Shown one piece after another: positions 29,883 through 39,982 of a DNA stretch of 64,000 bases. The notes under the pieces are model-generated. The model worked only from the letters and a program-made list of their open reading frames with translations. It did not search any database and had not been told where the DNA came from. Position 1 is the stretch's first letter, and each line of letters starts with the position of its first letter. The position numbers were made by a program, and so were the translations under genes. The stretch is from Candidatus Marinacidobacterales bacterium (GTDB taxonomy: Bacteria; Acidobacteriota; Vicinamibacteria; Marinacidobacterales; SMYC01): NCBI GenBank assembly GCA_965224085.1, contig CBDCYI010000009.1, positions 352,001 to 416,000 on the forward strand. Direction: 5' to 3'.

Positions 29883-30539
29883 ATGCGCTTCAGGCTCGCT
29901 GGTTTCCCCGTCGAGATTCACCCGTCTTTTTTCATCCTCGCCGTGCTTTTGGGGCTCGGGGCCGGCGACCTCCGCCTCATCCTTCTCTGGGTCGTGGTCG
30001 TGTTGGTGTCGATCCTCGTTCACGAGCTCGGCCACGCGATGGTCGGCCGCTCCTTCGGCCTTCAGCCCCAGATACGCCTTTACTCTATGGGGGGCGTGAC
30101 GTCCTGGAGCTCCGGCCGCCGCCTGACGCCTCGCCAGAGCATCCTCATAAGCCTTGCCGGTCCGGCCGCTGGACTCGCTCTCGGTGGGATCGTCTACGGA
30201 TTCAGCGTGCTCGAGCCCATCGAGCTTACACCGATGGGGGGCTTCGTCGTTCTCCAACTCCTCTGGGTCAATATCATCTGGAGCATTCTGAACCTCATGC
30301 CAATCGTGCCGCTCGACGGCGGCAACGTCATGCGCTCGGTCGTATACATGTTTCGGGGCCGACGAGACGAGCGGACGCCAGCAATGGTCTCGATGGTCAT
30401 CGCCGCGGCTCTTTTTGCGCTCGCCTTATCGACCGGGAGGACCTTCGGAGCGATGATGGCCGCCTGGCTCGGTTACGCGAACTACCAGACGTTCACAGGG
30501 CAGGCTTACGGCGCGAGTTTTCCCGGCATGAGCCGCTAG
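29883..30539 (+). CDS. M50 family site-2 membrane metalloprotease
   Basis: HELGH, ISLAGP, NLMPIVPLDGG. Confidence 0.92.
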   Translation: MRFRLAGFPVEIHPSFFILAVLLGLGAGDLRLILLWVVVVLVSILVHELGHAMVGRSFGLQPQIRLYSMGGVTSWSSGRRLTPRQSILISLAGPAAGLALGGIVYGFSVLEPIELTPMGGFVVLQLLWVNIIWSILNLMPIVPLDGGNVMRSVVYMFRGRRDERTPAMVSMVIAAALFALALSTGRTFGAMMAAWLGYANYQTFTGQAYGASFPGMSR

Positions 30540-30557
30540 GGCGTTGTCTCAAAGACT

Positions 30558-31168
30558 ATGCCTCTCGAGTTCGGGACGAAGCTAGGCACTTACGTAATCC
30601 AGGCGGCGATCGGCACCGGAGGCATGGGAGCGGTCTACCGCGCCAAGGATACGAAGCTGGGGCGAGAGGTCGCGATCGTCGATCTCGAAGACGGATCCGA
30701 GCCCGTTCCCGCCGCCAAAACGCCCTTCGAGGAAGACTCGCCGCACTTCTCTCGGGACAGTGCGTGGCTCGCCTACCGCTCCTACGCCTCCGGACGGTCG
30801 GAGATCTACGTGCAACGTGTCGCCGATGGGACGGGCCGCGTGAAGGTCTCCTCGAACGGCGGTACGACCCCGGGATGGTCGCCGATAAACGACGAGCTCT
30901 ACTACATCGCGGAAGACACGATCATGGCGCTCGGCTACCGTGTCGGCGGCGGCGAGTTTCACGCCGACACCCCGCACGCTCTCGTAAAATTGCCGGAAGG
31001 TCACTGACCGCGTACAATCTGTCTTCGGCCGGACGCACGCTCGAAGTCTCTCCCGACGGCAAGCGCTTCTTGCTCGCCGTCGAAACCGGCGAAGATCCTT
31101 CACCAACGGAGCTGCACGTAAAGACGAACTGGGTCGAGGAATTGAAACGGCTGACGGACTCGAACTGA
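30558..31168 (+). pseudogene. Ser/Thr kinase-TolB propeller protein with a large internal deletion
   Basis: IGTGGMGAVYRAKDTKLGREVAI joined directly to propeller repeats, with no catalytic Lys, HRD or DFG; tail NWVEELKRL in another frame. Confidence 0.8.
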
Positions 31169-31185
31169 GGACCAACGATTTCACC

Positions 31186-32172
31186 ATGCGCGCGATGGTT
31201 CTCGAGGAACAGGGTCGACCTCTCGTCATGCGAGAGATCGAAACACCTCGCCCCGGTCCTCACGAGATTCTAGTGAAAGTGAGCGCGTGCGGCGTGTGTC
31301 GCACCGATCTTCACGTTCTCGACGGAGATCTGCGCGAGCCGAAGCTTCCTCTCGTGCTGGGCCACGAGATCGTCGGTACGGTGGCCGCGCTCGGAGCTGA
31401 AGTCGATGGTTACGATCTTGGCGGGCGGGTCGGTGTGCCATGGCTCGGCAAGACCTGCGGCCGATGTCCGTTCTGCCAGAGAAACGAAGAGAACCTGTGC
31501 GACGAGCCGTCTTTCACCGGATATCTCATCGATGGCGGCTATGCCGAGTACGTGGTCGCCGACGCGCAGTTCTGCTTTCCCGTTCACGGCGATTACTCCG
31601 ACGTCGAGGCAGCGCCCCTTCTTTGCGCTGGGCTGATCGGCTATCGATCGCTACGGATGGCTTCAGACGCCGAGCGTCTCGGCATCTATGGCTTCGGCGC
31701 CGCGGCTCACATCATCGCGCAAGTAGCGCGGCACGAGGGCCGCGACGTCTACGCGTTCACGCGCCCGGGCGACGGCGAGGGGCAGCAGTTTGCCAGAGAC
31801 CTGGGCGCGGTCTGGGCGGGCGATTCGACGACGTTCCCGCCGGTTGCGCTCGATGCGGCACTTCTGTTTGCCCCCGTCGGCGCGCTCGTTCCGGCCGCAC
31901 TGGCCGCCGTCAGGAAAGGCGGCATCGTCGTGTGCGCCGGAATCCACATGAGCGACATCCCGAACTTCCCTTACTCCATTTTGTGGGGTGAGCGCGTCGT
32001 CCGCTCGGTCGCCAACTTGACGCGCGCCGACGGCGAGGCGTTCCTCCGGCTCGCACCTCGGGTCCCGGTGCGGACGGAAGTGCAGACCTTCCCGTTGACT
32101 GATGCGAACCGGGCACTCGAAGATCTTCGCGCGGGGCGCATCCAGGGCGCGGCGGTGCTGACTCTGGCGTAG
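31186..32172 (+). CDS. Zinc-dependent alcohol dehydrogenase
   Basis: CGVCRTDLH, GHEIVG, CGRCPFC....ENLC, GFGAAA. Confidence 0.93.
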   Translation: MRAMVLEEQGRPLVMREIETPRPGPHEILVKVSACGVCRTDLHVLDGDLREPKLPLVLGHEIVGTVAALGAEVDGYDLGGRVGVPWLGKTCGRCPFCQRNEENLCDEPSFTGYLIDGGYAEYVVADAQFCFPVHGDYSDVEAAPLLCAGLIGYRSLRMASDAERLGIYGFGAAAHIIAQVARHEGRDVYAFTRPGDGEGQQFARDLGAVWAGDSTTFPPVALDAALLFAPVGALVPAALAAVRKGGIVVCAGIHMSDIPNFPYSILWGERVVRSVANLTRADGEAFLRLAPRVPVRTEVQTFPLTDANRALEDLRAGRIQGAAVLTLA

Positions 32173-32173
32173 C

Positions 32174-33196
32174 CTATTTCAGCTGTCGTACGGTGCGCTG
32201 CAGATCTTGTCGGTGCACCACGTCGAGGACCTCGAGCTCTTCGTCGGTCATGCGGAACAGCATGCGATAATCTTTCCCCACGCGTTGCCGCCAAACAGTT
32301 CGGTCGGTTGCGAGTCGCCGCGTTCCACGAAGGGCGGCGTGGTCGCCGGCTGCGATACGGCTCACCAGAACGAGTGCGTGTCGCTTCGTCGCGTCCGGCA
32401 AATGCTGCAGCGAAGCGCGAACGCGTTTGGTGAACACGGGAATACGAAACCGTGTCGACTCCGAGAGGTCCACGTCGTCCGGCTCGCTCTCGGCGTCATC
32501 GACGGGCGTCGTCTGCGGCGACGCCTCCTGCTCGGCCTCGAGGACGTGCACTCTCTTTCGCTCGCGCTCGAGCTGTCGTCGCAAATCGTTGCGCTCGGTA
32601 TGGCGCTGATTGAGCTCGCCCTTCAAGCTGTTGACGCGATGTTTGAGCGTCGCGAGGCGGCCGGGTTCCGGATCTTCGCTCTTTCGCTCGGGCTCGTGGG
32701 ACTCTGGGACCGCCGGCGGCTCGGAAGGCTCTTGGCTCCCGATCTGCTCGCGGAGTCCTGAAAGTTCTTTTCGCAGCCGGCCGAGCTCGTCTTCTTTGGC
32801 GTCGAGCTGAGCCTGCACTGAGCCTGACACATCTTGACGTGTTTAGGGTGCCGTGCGGGTGGAGGTACCGGACGCCCAATCGGCGTCGTCGTCGAGCTCG
32901 TCCCGCCATCCCCAGAGATCCAGCGTGTCCTCGATGGGGTCGAGCACCGCCATGTCGAGACGGTCCCGCCTACGTCCGAGCTCGACGAGCAGCGTGTCTA
33001 GATCATACAAAGGAACATGAGGCGCCACCCCGCGAGCTACAAGAATACCGAGATGGGGCCACGGGCTCTTGAGTAGGTCGATCGCAAAATCGCAACTGCC
33101 GTCATCGATGAACATGCTGGCCTCACCATTCAAGATGTCGAGAGCCTCGACCTCCTGGATCCCCGTTTGAGGAACCGAAACGGAAACCCGACCCAC
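32174..33196 (-). pseudogene. Coiled-coil protein with C-terminal RelE/ParE-like domain, split by an in-frame TAA
   Basis: ORFs 32843-33196 and 32174-32830 share a frame; tail WRQRVGKDYRMLF...VLDVVHRQDL is RelE-like. Confidence 0.55.
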
Positions 33197-33274
33197 GGTT
33201 CCTCCGGTGCGTCACGTCGCTAGCCAGCCGAGCCTAGCAGACGATGCCGGATAGGAGAGCGCCGCCTCGAATCC

Positions 33275-34267
33275 CTACTCGCTCGGCTCGGGAACGTCCT
33301 TGATGATCTCTTTCAAGATATCGTCGGTGTCGATATGGTCCGCCTCGCCCTCGAAGTTCAAGAGCAGGCGATGCCGCAACGCTGGGTAGGCGACCGCGCG
33401 GACATCCTCGCACGAGACGTGCACCCGGTCGTTCAGGAGCGCTTGCATTTTGCCACCGAGCACGAGCGCCTGCGTTCCGCGTGGGCTCGCGCCGAAGCGG
33501 ACATATTTGTTCGCGAGCGGATGGGAGTGGGGCGCGTTGGGATGGGTCCCGAGCGTTAGGCGGATAGCGTAGTCCTGGACCGGTCTCGCGATCGGAACGG
33601 ACAACACCGTTTCTCGCATTTGGAGCACTTCTCCCTGTTCCAGGACCGCTGTCGCTTGCGCCATTCCGACTTGCGTCGTGCGGTCCATGATGTCGTGCAT
33701 CTCGTCGCTGGTGGGATATTCGATCTTGAGCTTGAAGAGGAACCGATCCATTTGCGCTTCGGGAAGCGGGTAGGTGCCTTCGAGCTCGATCGGGTTCTGG
33801 GTGGCCATTACGAAGAACGGCTCGTCGAGCTTGTGCGTGATGTTTCCGACGGAAACGCTCTTCTCCTGCATCGCTTCGAGAAGTGCGGATTGCGATTTCG
33901 GGGTCGCGCGGTTGACTTCGTCGGCGAGCATCAAGTTGCAGAAGATGGGGCCTTGTTGGAACTCGAGATATTTCTCGCCATCTTCGGTCTCCCGAAGGAC
34001 GTTCGTGCCGATGAGGTCGCCCGGCATGAGGTCCGGGGTGAACTGAATCCTATTGAAATCGAGGTTCAGGACGTCGGCCAGTGTCTGGACGATCAACGTC
34101 TTTCCCAAGCCCGGGATGCCTTCGAGAAGCACGTGGCCTCGTGTGAGGAGGCACGACAGGATGCTGCCGATAACTTCCCGGTTTCCAACGACGACCCGGC
34201 TCATCTCCTCCTGGACAGCGTTATACTGTTTGTGAAACTGGCCGATTTCTTTCTCGATCGCGATCAT
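33275..34267 (-). CDS. MoxR family AAA+ ATPase
   Basis: GIPGLGKT, RIQFTPDLMP.D, DEVNRATPK.QSALLE, ATQNPIE.EGTYPLPEAQ.DRF, GASPR. Confidence 0.95.
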   Translation of the reverse strand: MIAIEKEIGQFHKQYNAVQEEMSRVVVGNREVIGSILSCLLTRGHVLLEGIPGLGKTLIVQTLADVLNLDFNRIQFTPDLMPGDLIGTNVLRETEDGEKYLEFQQGPIFCNLMLADEVNRATPKSQSALLEAMQEKSVSVGNITHKLDEPFFVMATQNPIELEGTYPLPEAQMDRFLFKLKIEYPTSDEMHDIMDRTTQVGMAQATAVLEQGEVLQMRETVLSVPIARPVQDYAIRLTLGTHPNAPHSHPLANKYVRFGASPRGTQALVLGGKMQALLNDRVHVSCEDVRAVAYPALRHRLLLNFEGEADHIDTDDILKEIIKDVPEPSE

Positions 34268-35847
34268 GGCTCTGGGCTCGTCTCCGTACTGGTAAGAATG
34301 GATAAGAAATAGCGCTTCACCAACGAGCGATATTGCCAGGGCACACCCTCGCGCTCCATGGCGCTCTCCTCGGCGTAGTCCCCACGCTGCTGAATGTCTT
34401 CGTAATTGAGGGTGGACTTCTCTTCTCTAGACAGTCTTTCGAAAATCTCTTCCGGGATAGGCTCCCCTTGTTCTTGCTGGGCGAGCATCTCGAGCTCGAG
34501 CTGAACTTCGAGGCTCGTCGCCTCCCCAAAAACTTGTTCGTCACTGCCGCCACCCGGGCCGGTCGTATCCCCGGCCGGCCCCGCATCCACGGGCACCGCG
34601 CTCGAGGGGTCGCCCTGCATCTGAGCCATCTGCGTTTGATTGCTCATCATGCCTTGCGCGCTTTGCATCGCCTGCCCGGAAGCCTCTTGCTGCTGCCCAG
34701 ATTGCTGTTGCTCGCCGGCTTGCTGTTGACCCATCGACGCTTGCAGCTGCTGCACTTCTTGGCCCATCTGGTCCATGTCCCGCTGAGCCATCTGCTGCCC
34801 CATGCTCTCGAGCTGCTCGGCCATCGCTTCGAGGCTTTGCGCCATCTTGGCGAGGTCCTCCGGCGACAGGTCACCGGCGGCCTGCTGGAGGTTCTCCATC
34901 ATCTCCGCGAGCTCTTGATTCTGAACGTTGGCGTTTTGCAGGGATTCGAGCAGCGCTTGAAGCTCTTCGGAAGTTTCGGCGTTCGCGAGACGCTCCGCGA
35001 GCTCTCGAAGAAGCTGGGCGGCTTCCTCCGTGTTTTGATTCTTCAGAGCTTCCGCGAGATCCGCGAGCGCAGCCGACGACTCGAGCTGGGCGGCAAGCTC
35101 CTCGAGATCCATGGAGAGCTGCTCCATGTCCACCTGACTCGCTGCAAGCGCGTCTTGGGCCTCGCTCAACGCCTGAAGACTCTCCGAAAGCTCGATGTCC
35201 CTCCGGCGCAGCCGGTCCAGAGCCTCCGAGAACTCTTGCAGCTTTTCTTCCTCAGGGGCCAGAGCTGCGGCTTGGTCGAGTAGCTCTTCGACGGCCTCCT
35301 CTTCCTGCTGCGCAGAAGCCGTAAAGAAATCGGCGTTCTGGAGCTCCTGAAACCAGCCAGGGTTCCATGAGAACAGGGTAAAGAGAACGACGCCGATGCC
35401 CGACGCATAATAAAGGTTGGTGGGGACGACGGTCGGGGCCATCTCCGCGGGCGAAAGCTTCGAGGCGGCGTCCGCGCTTCGCGCGATTTGCAGCTCCATC
35501 CACTCGGACGTTTGCTCGAGCCCGAGAAAAGCAAGGGCGCTCTTGAGCGCGTCTTTCAAATCACCGCCCCGGTCGGCGATTACGGCCGAGCGCGCGAGAC
35601 TCCGCCGCTCCAGGTAGTTCCACACGACCCATGCGGCGACTCCGGCGGCCGCGAGCACGAGCATGACGGTGCGCGCAGTGGCGAAGCTCCAGAGCCCGGT
35701 GAGCTTGAGCAAGAGCAGCGCCGACACAAATGCCCATAAACCTTGCGTCAAGTGCGTCAAGGCGTCGTTTCGGCGGAGACGTCGGTCGACCGAGCCGAGA
35801 AAGTCGAGGATCCGGTCGCGGTTTTTGGTGCCGTGCTCAGAATGCAT
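34264..35847 (-). CDS. MoxR-associated membrane-anchored coiled-coil protein
   Basis: N-terminal TMs, E/Q/L-rich coiled coil, tail VPWQYRSLVKRYF; 4-bp overlap with the MoxR gene. Confidence 0.78.
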   Translation of the reverse strand: MHSEHGTKNRDRILDFLGSVDRRLRRNDALTHLTQGLWAFVSALLLLKLTGLWSFATARTVMLVLAAAGVAAWVVWNYLERRSLARSAVIADRGGDLKDALKSALAFLGLEQTSEWMELQIARSADAASKLSPAEMAPTVVPTNLYYASGIGVVLFTLFSWNPGWFQELQNADFFTASAQQEEEAVEELLDQAAALAPEEEKLQEFSEALDRLRRRDIELSESLQALSEAQDALAASQVDMEQLSMDLEELAAQLESSAALADLAEALKNQNTEEAAQLLRELAERLANAETSEELQALLESLQNANVQNQELAEMMENLQQAAGDLSPEDLAKMAQSLEAMAEQLESMGQQMAQRDMDQMGQEVQQLQASMGQQQAGEQQQSGQQQEASGQAMQSAQGMMSNQTQMAQMQGDPSSAVPVDAGPAGDTTGPGGGSDEQVFGEATSLEVQLELEMLAQQEQGEPIPEEIFERLSREEKSTLNYEDIQQRGDYAEESAMEREGVPWQYRSLVKRYFLSILTSTETSPEP

Positions 35848-35949
35848 CTACCGGCAAACGACCTCTCCTATCTTTAACTGCCTTTTGGCCGGAGAACGAC
35901 CGGTCATTAGGACGGTCGCATTCTACACTATTCTGATAATCTCTGACGG

Positions 35950-36708
35950 ATGCGTGCTCTCCCGTGGACTCTCGTGGCCCTGCTTGTGTCGGCCTGCGAG
36001 ACGGGACAGACGCCCGCGACCCCTCAAAAGCCCGCGGCACCCGCGGCCTCCACGCCCTCCACCCCCTCTACCGGCGCCGCCGAGATGCCGCTCGTGCGCA
36101 TCATGCCGCTCGGCGACTCCATCACTCAGGGCGACTCGGTCCACAACAGTTACCGGCGCCCTCTGTGGAAGAGCCTGCAAGCCGAGGGTTACATCGTCGA
36201 TTTCGTCGGCAGCCTCCGCGTCAACCACCGCGGTCCGCCGCCAAACGACGATTTCGATCGCGATCACGAGGGACATTGGGGCTGGCGCGTCGACGAGATT
36301 CTCGGCGATATCCACCGATGGGCCGAAGAGCACCAGCCGGACGTCGTGCTCGTTCACCTCGGATCGAACGACGTTTTCCAGCGCCAGAGTCTCGAGAGCA
36401 CGCTCGACGAGCTCGGCGAGCTCATCGACGCCGTGCGCGAGGTGCAGCCGCAGGCGACGTTCCTCCTCGCCCAAATCATCCCGACGGACAGCCCCGCGGC
36501 CAATACGCGCATTCGAAATCTAAACGCGCGGGTCCCGGAGCTCGCCGCGGCCAAGTCCACCGCGATGTCCCGCGTGCTCGTCGTCGATCACTTCACTGGT
36601 TTCGACCCTCTGTCGCAAACATACGACGGTGTCCATCCGAACGCCGACGGTGAGACCCATCTGTCCGATCGGTGGCTCCAGACACTGCTTCTGGTGCTGT
36701 CGCCATGA
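35950..36708 (+). CDS. SGNH/GDSL hydrolase, lipoprotein
   Basis: IMPLGDSIT, HEGHWG, HLGSND, DGVHPN; LVSAC lipobox. Confidence 0.9.
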   Translation: MRALPWTLVALLVSACETGQTPATPQKPAAPAASTPSTPSTGAAEMPLVRIMPLGDSITQGDSVHNSYRRPLWKSLQAEGYIVDFVGSLRVNHRGPPPNDDFDRDHEGHWGWRVDEILGDIHRWAEEHQPDVVLVHLGSNDVFQRQSLESTLDELGELIDAVREVQPQATFLLAQIIPTDSPAANTRIRNLNARVPELAAAKSTAMSRVLVVDHFTGFDPLSQTYDGVHPNADGETHLSDRWLQTLLLVLSP

Positions 36709-37751
36709 AGGCCATCACGTTCCGCGGTAGCGAGAGCGTCGCGCTCGAGACCGTTTCCGATCCGAAGATCGAAGCCTCCACGGACGTTATCGTCAAGAAC
36801 CGCCTCACGGCGATCTGCGGCTCGGACTTGCACCTCTATTTTGGACGGGAGACGGGAAACGATCCCGGAACGCCGATGGGCCATGAGTTTCTCGGCGAAG
36901 TGGTCGAAGTCGGAAGCGCCGTCGGTATGTTGTCGCCCGGAGACGTTGTCGTGTCGCCTTTTACGTCCAACTGCGGCACGTGCTTTTATTGCAAGCAAGG
37001 ACTCACCTGCCGTTGCACACGCGGCCAACTCTTCGGTTGGGTCGAAAACGGCAAGGGCCTAGCGGGTGTGCAGGCGGAATACGCGCGCGTGCCGCTCGCG
37101 GACGCCACCGCGTTCAAGATTCCGGAAGGCATCGAAGACGAGCCAGCTTTGTTTCTCGGGGACGTCCTCGCGACCGGTTTTTTCTGCGCGGACATGGCGG
37201 GCGTCAAGCCAGGCGGCATCTACGCGGTAGTCGGCTGCGGGCCGGTCGGCCTTCTCGCAATCGTCGGGGCGCGTGAGCTCGGGGCGGAGACTTTGTTCGC
37301 CATCGATAGGCTTCCCGAGCGGCTCGAGCTCGCGAAGGGGTTCGGCGCCACGCCCGTGCACGCCGTCGATGAAGATGCCAGATCCGTCCTCGATGAGGCC
37401 ACGCGCGGCCGCGGCGCGGATGCGGTGCTCGAAGTGGTCGGAAGCCCGGAGGCCACCCGCCTCGCCGTCGATCTCGTCCGTCCCGGCGGCGTGATCTCCG
37501 CGGTGGGCGTCCACACCGAATCGAGCTTCGCCTTCTCGCCTGGCGAAGCCTACGACAAAAACCTCACCTACCGCGCCGGCCGCTGCCCGGTGCGTCATTA
37601 TATGGAGCGGCTTCTCCCGCTCGCACGCGACGGGAAGTACGATCTGAGCGCGATTGTTTCCCACCGGCTTCCCCTCGAGGACGGTGTGCGCGGCTACGAG
37701 CTGTTCGCCAATAAGCTCGATGCGTGCACAAAAGTCACGCTCATGCCTTGA
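36705..37751 (+). CDS. Zinc-dependent alcohol dehydrogenase (formaldehyde dehydrogenase-like)
   Basis: ICGSDLH, GHEF.G, CGTCFYC, GCGPVG. Confidence 0.92.
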   Translation: MKAITFRGSESVALETVSDPKIEASTDVIVKNRLTAICGSDLHLYFGRETGNDPGTPMGHEFLGEVVEVGSAVGMLSPGDVVVSPFTSNCGTCFYCKQGLTCRCTRGQLFGWVENGKGLAGVQAEYARVPLADATAFKIPEGIEDEPALFLGDVLATGFFCADMAGVKPGGIYAVVGCGPVGLLAIVGARELGAETLFAIDRLPERLELAKGFGATPVHAVDEDARSVLDEATRGRGADAVLEVVGSPEATRLAVDLVRPGGVISAVGVHTESSFAFSPGEAYDKNLTYRAGRCPVRHYMERLLPLARDGKYDLSAIVSHRLPLEDGVRGYELFANKLDACTKVTLMP

Positions 37752-37822
37752 CTTTGCTCTCAATATGAGAATAACTGAACCTTTGGCGGGAGCCATGCGT
37801 ATCCTTATTTATAGGTAAACTC

Positions 37823-38083
37823 ATGAACCACACGATTTTTCAGATTTTGTTGAGTCTCAATGACGATCCGCGAGACGCCGACGGCGTCCTCGAGGCGATG
37901 CGCACGCTCGGCGGCAAGCAGGCTGTGCCCGCGCTCGCCTCTTTCTACCGGGGGCTCAAAAAGGCCTCGGATTCCGGTTTCATCCGCGTGCTCGACGCCA
38001 CCAAAGGCCGGCGTCGGGGCCGGCCGCGCCAGCGCTACCAGATGACCCGATCGGGACGCTACGCGCTGCGTACGGAAGCCCGG
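37823..38083 (+). pseudogene. PadR-like wHTH regulator truncated by IS5
   Basis: FQILLSL, SFYRGLK, R.RYQMTRSGR.AL..EA ends at the IS left repeat. Confidence 0.65.
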
Positions 38084-39169
38084 TGCCTTGGTGCACAACT
38101 CGCGATCTCGGTCCACAATTGTCCTGTACTCGCGGATACGAGGTTCCCCATGAGCATTTCAAACGCACTCAGCGGAAGTATGTGAAGAAGGCCTATCGCG
38201 TGAGGAATTGGCGTGAATATGAGGCGGGTCTACGCAACCGCGGGAGCCTGACCGTCTGGATCTCGCTCACCGCCGGCAAGCTTGTGAACTGGGACGCGCC
38301 CCGGCCAAGGAGGAGGAAACCGGGCCGTCAACGCAAGTACTCGAACCACGCCATCGAGACGGCTGTCACCCTGGGCATGGTGTTTCATCTGTCGTCTAGG
38401 CAGAGCGAGGGATTGCTGCGATCGTTGTTCGCTCTGATGAAGCTAGACAATGATGTGCCCGATCACACCACGATCTCGAGGCGCAAGGCGAAGCTGGGTA
38501 AGGTCCCCTTCTACCAAGACAAGCAGAAGACGCCGTTGCACATCTTGATCGACAGCAGCGGTCTCGCTGTCCACGCCGGCCAGCTGCGCAGAGCACCAAA
38601 TAGCAGGGACTATCGCAAGCTCCATCTGTGTGTCGACGAGCAGAGTGGCGAAGTCGTCGCCGGCGAGCTGACGAGCAAAAGAGCCCGCGATTCATCGCGG
38701 GTTGCATCGCTTGTCAGACAGAGCGACAGTCCCATCTCATCGGCCAGAGCTGACACCGCATACGACGCCAGCGGCGTCTATGAGGCAATCGAGAATCACA
38801 GCGCTCATCGCTCGCCGAGGGTGCTGATACCGCCGCGCAAGGGCGCCCTGCTCGCATCGGGGCCGGCGAGCAGCCGACAGCGCAATCGCAACATTGCAGC
38901 ACAAGCTCGGCTCGGCAAACGAAAGTGGCACACAGAATCGGGCTACAGCAAACGGAGCAAAGTCGAGACAACGTTCCATCGCTACAAGGCTATCGTGGGC
39001 TCAGCGATGCGAGCGAGAGGGTTGGCGGCACAGAGAGTCGAGGCAAGGATCGGGTGCAAGATTCTCCACACCATGACGGCGCTCGGGATGCCTGATAGCG
39101 AGATGATCGGATGATGGGAGTCGGGGCCAAGCGAGCTCTCGGCCTCTATCGGAGTTGTGCACCAAGGCA
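38084..39169 (+). mobile_element. IS5 family (IS903-like) insertion sequence
   Basis: Perfect 18-bp terminal inverted repeats TGCCTTGGTGCACAACTC (38084-38101 and 39152-39169); no target duplication. Confidence 0.9.
38182..39114 (+). CDS. IS5 family DDE transposase
   Basis: NWREYE.GL..RGSLT.W, PDHTTISRR, IDSSG, ADTAYD, GY..RS.VE; true start may be ATG 38150 with a 1-nt indel. Confidence 0.88.
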   Translation: MKKAYRVRNWREYEAGLRNRGSLTVWISLTAGKLVNWDAPRPRRRKPGRQRKYSNHAIETAVTLGMVFHLSSRQSEGLLRSLFALMKLDNDVPDHTTISRRKAKLGKVPFYQDKQKTPLHILIDSSGLAVHAGQLRRAPNSRDYRKLHLCVDEQSGEVVAGELTSKRARDSSRVASLVRQSDSPISSARADTAYDASGVYEAIENHSAHRSPRVLIPPRKGALLASGPASSRQRNRNIAAQARLGKRKWHTESGYSKRSKVETTFHRYKAIVGSAMRARGLAAQRVEARIGCKILHTMTALGMPDSEMIG

Positions 39170-39586
39170 GCGCGCAAGCGACTTCAGGCATTGGTGTCGT
39201 GGCTCGAGCGAAACGGCTACGACGAAGCTTCCGGAAGCCTTCGTGAAGGGATGGAAGAGACACTCACGGTCGTGAAGCTCGCGCTGCCCGCCTTACTTCG
39301 CCAGTCTCTTGCCACGACGAACGCCATTGAGAATCTCAACGGAACCATTCGCAGAGTATCGAGAAACGTCAAGCGTTGGAAGAGTCCTTCCATGGTTCGC
39401 CGATGGACCGCTCTTGGCGTCGTCACCGCGCAGAAAGAGTTCCGGCGTATCAAAGGCTATCGCCATATGGGCGCTCTCGTTCACGCGCTTAGAAGCAAAC
39501 AGAAATCTCTTGACAGCGATGAGTTTGCTGCCTAAGAGTATTCACAGGTGCCGCCGCTACCCGACCAAATTCAACAGCGGCCGGGA
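39170..39586 (+). mobile_element. IS256 family remnant (transposase C-terminus to 39535 plus right end; last 7 nt displaced to 43513-43519)
   Basis: SLREGMEETLTV, TTNAIENLN, RNVKRW, FRRIKGY; end TTCAACAGCGGCCGGGA + CATCCCC. Confidence 0.85.
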
Positions 39587-39982
39587 GTGCGCTGGGCTAA
39601 CTGAAAGGAGCCTATGGGTGGAAGTCCAATCCGACCAAAAGTCGTAGCGGACAGGTCGGGACCGAGTCTTGCGGGCGTCGTGGCAACGCGGGGTCCGAAG
39701 CGTAGACAGGGGTCGTGCAGGGTGTGTGAATGTAGCCTCGAAATGCTGAATATCGCGGAAGGCCGAGTTGATTCCCGTCAATGAAGGCAGCATGTGGGCC
39801 ATCGCTATCGCGAGATGGTTACGCTCCGCCGGGGTCGTGGACCACATCACGTACGAAGAGTTCCTTTCGGGACCCAGGAGGTCCGGCCGGGTCCATCGGA
39901 ATGGTCACCGATGGGGGCGTCGCGCAAGGGAAAACCGAAGCGCGGTGCTGAGCTGAGGCCGGAAGTCGGACCGATTCATAGT

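Noticed and set aside
32843-32845. Recoded stop like the 12796 UGA
   Set aside because: The codon is TAA, which encodes neither Sec nor Pyl; a nonsense mutation is simpler.
34600-35300. Gln/Glu-rich low-complexity repeat
   Set aside because: Ordinary coiled-coil coding sequence of the MoxR-associated protein.
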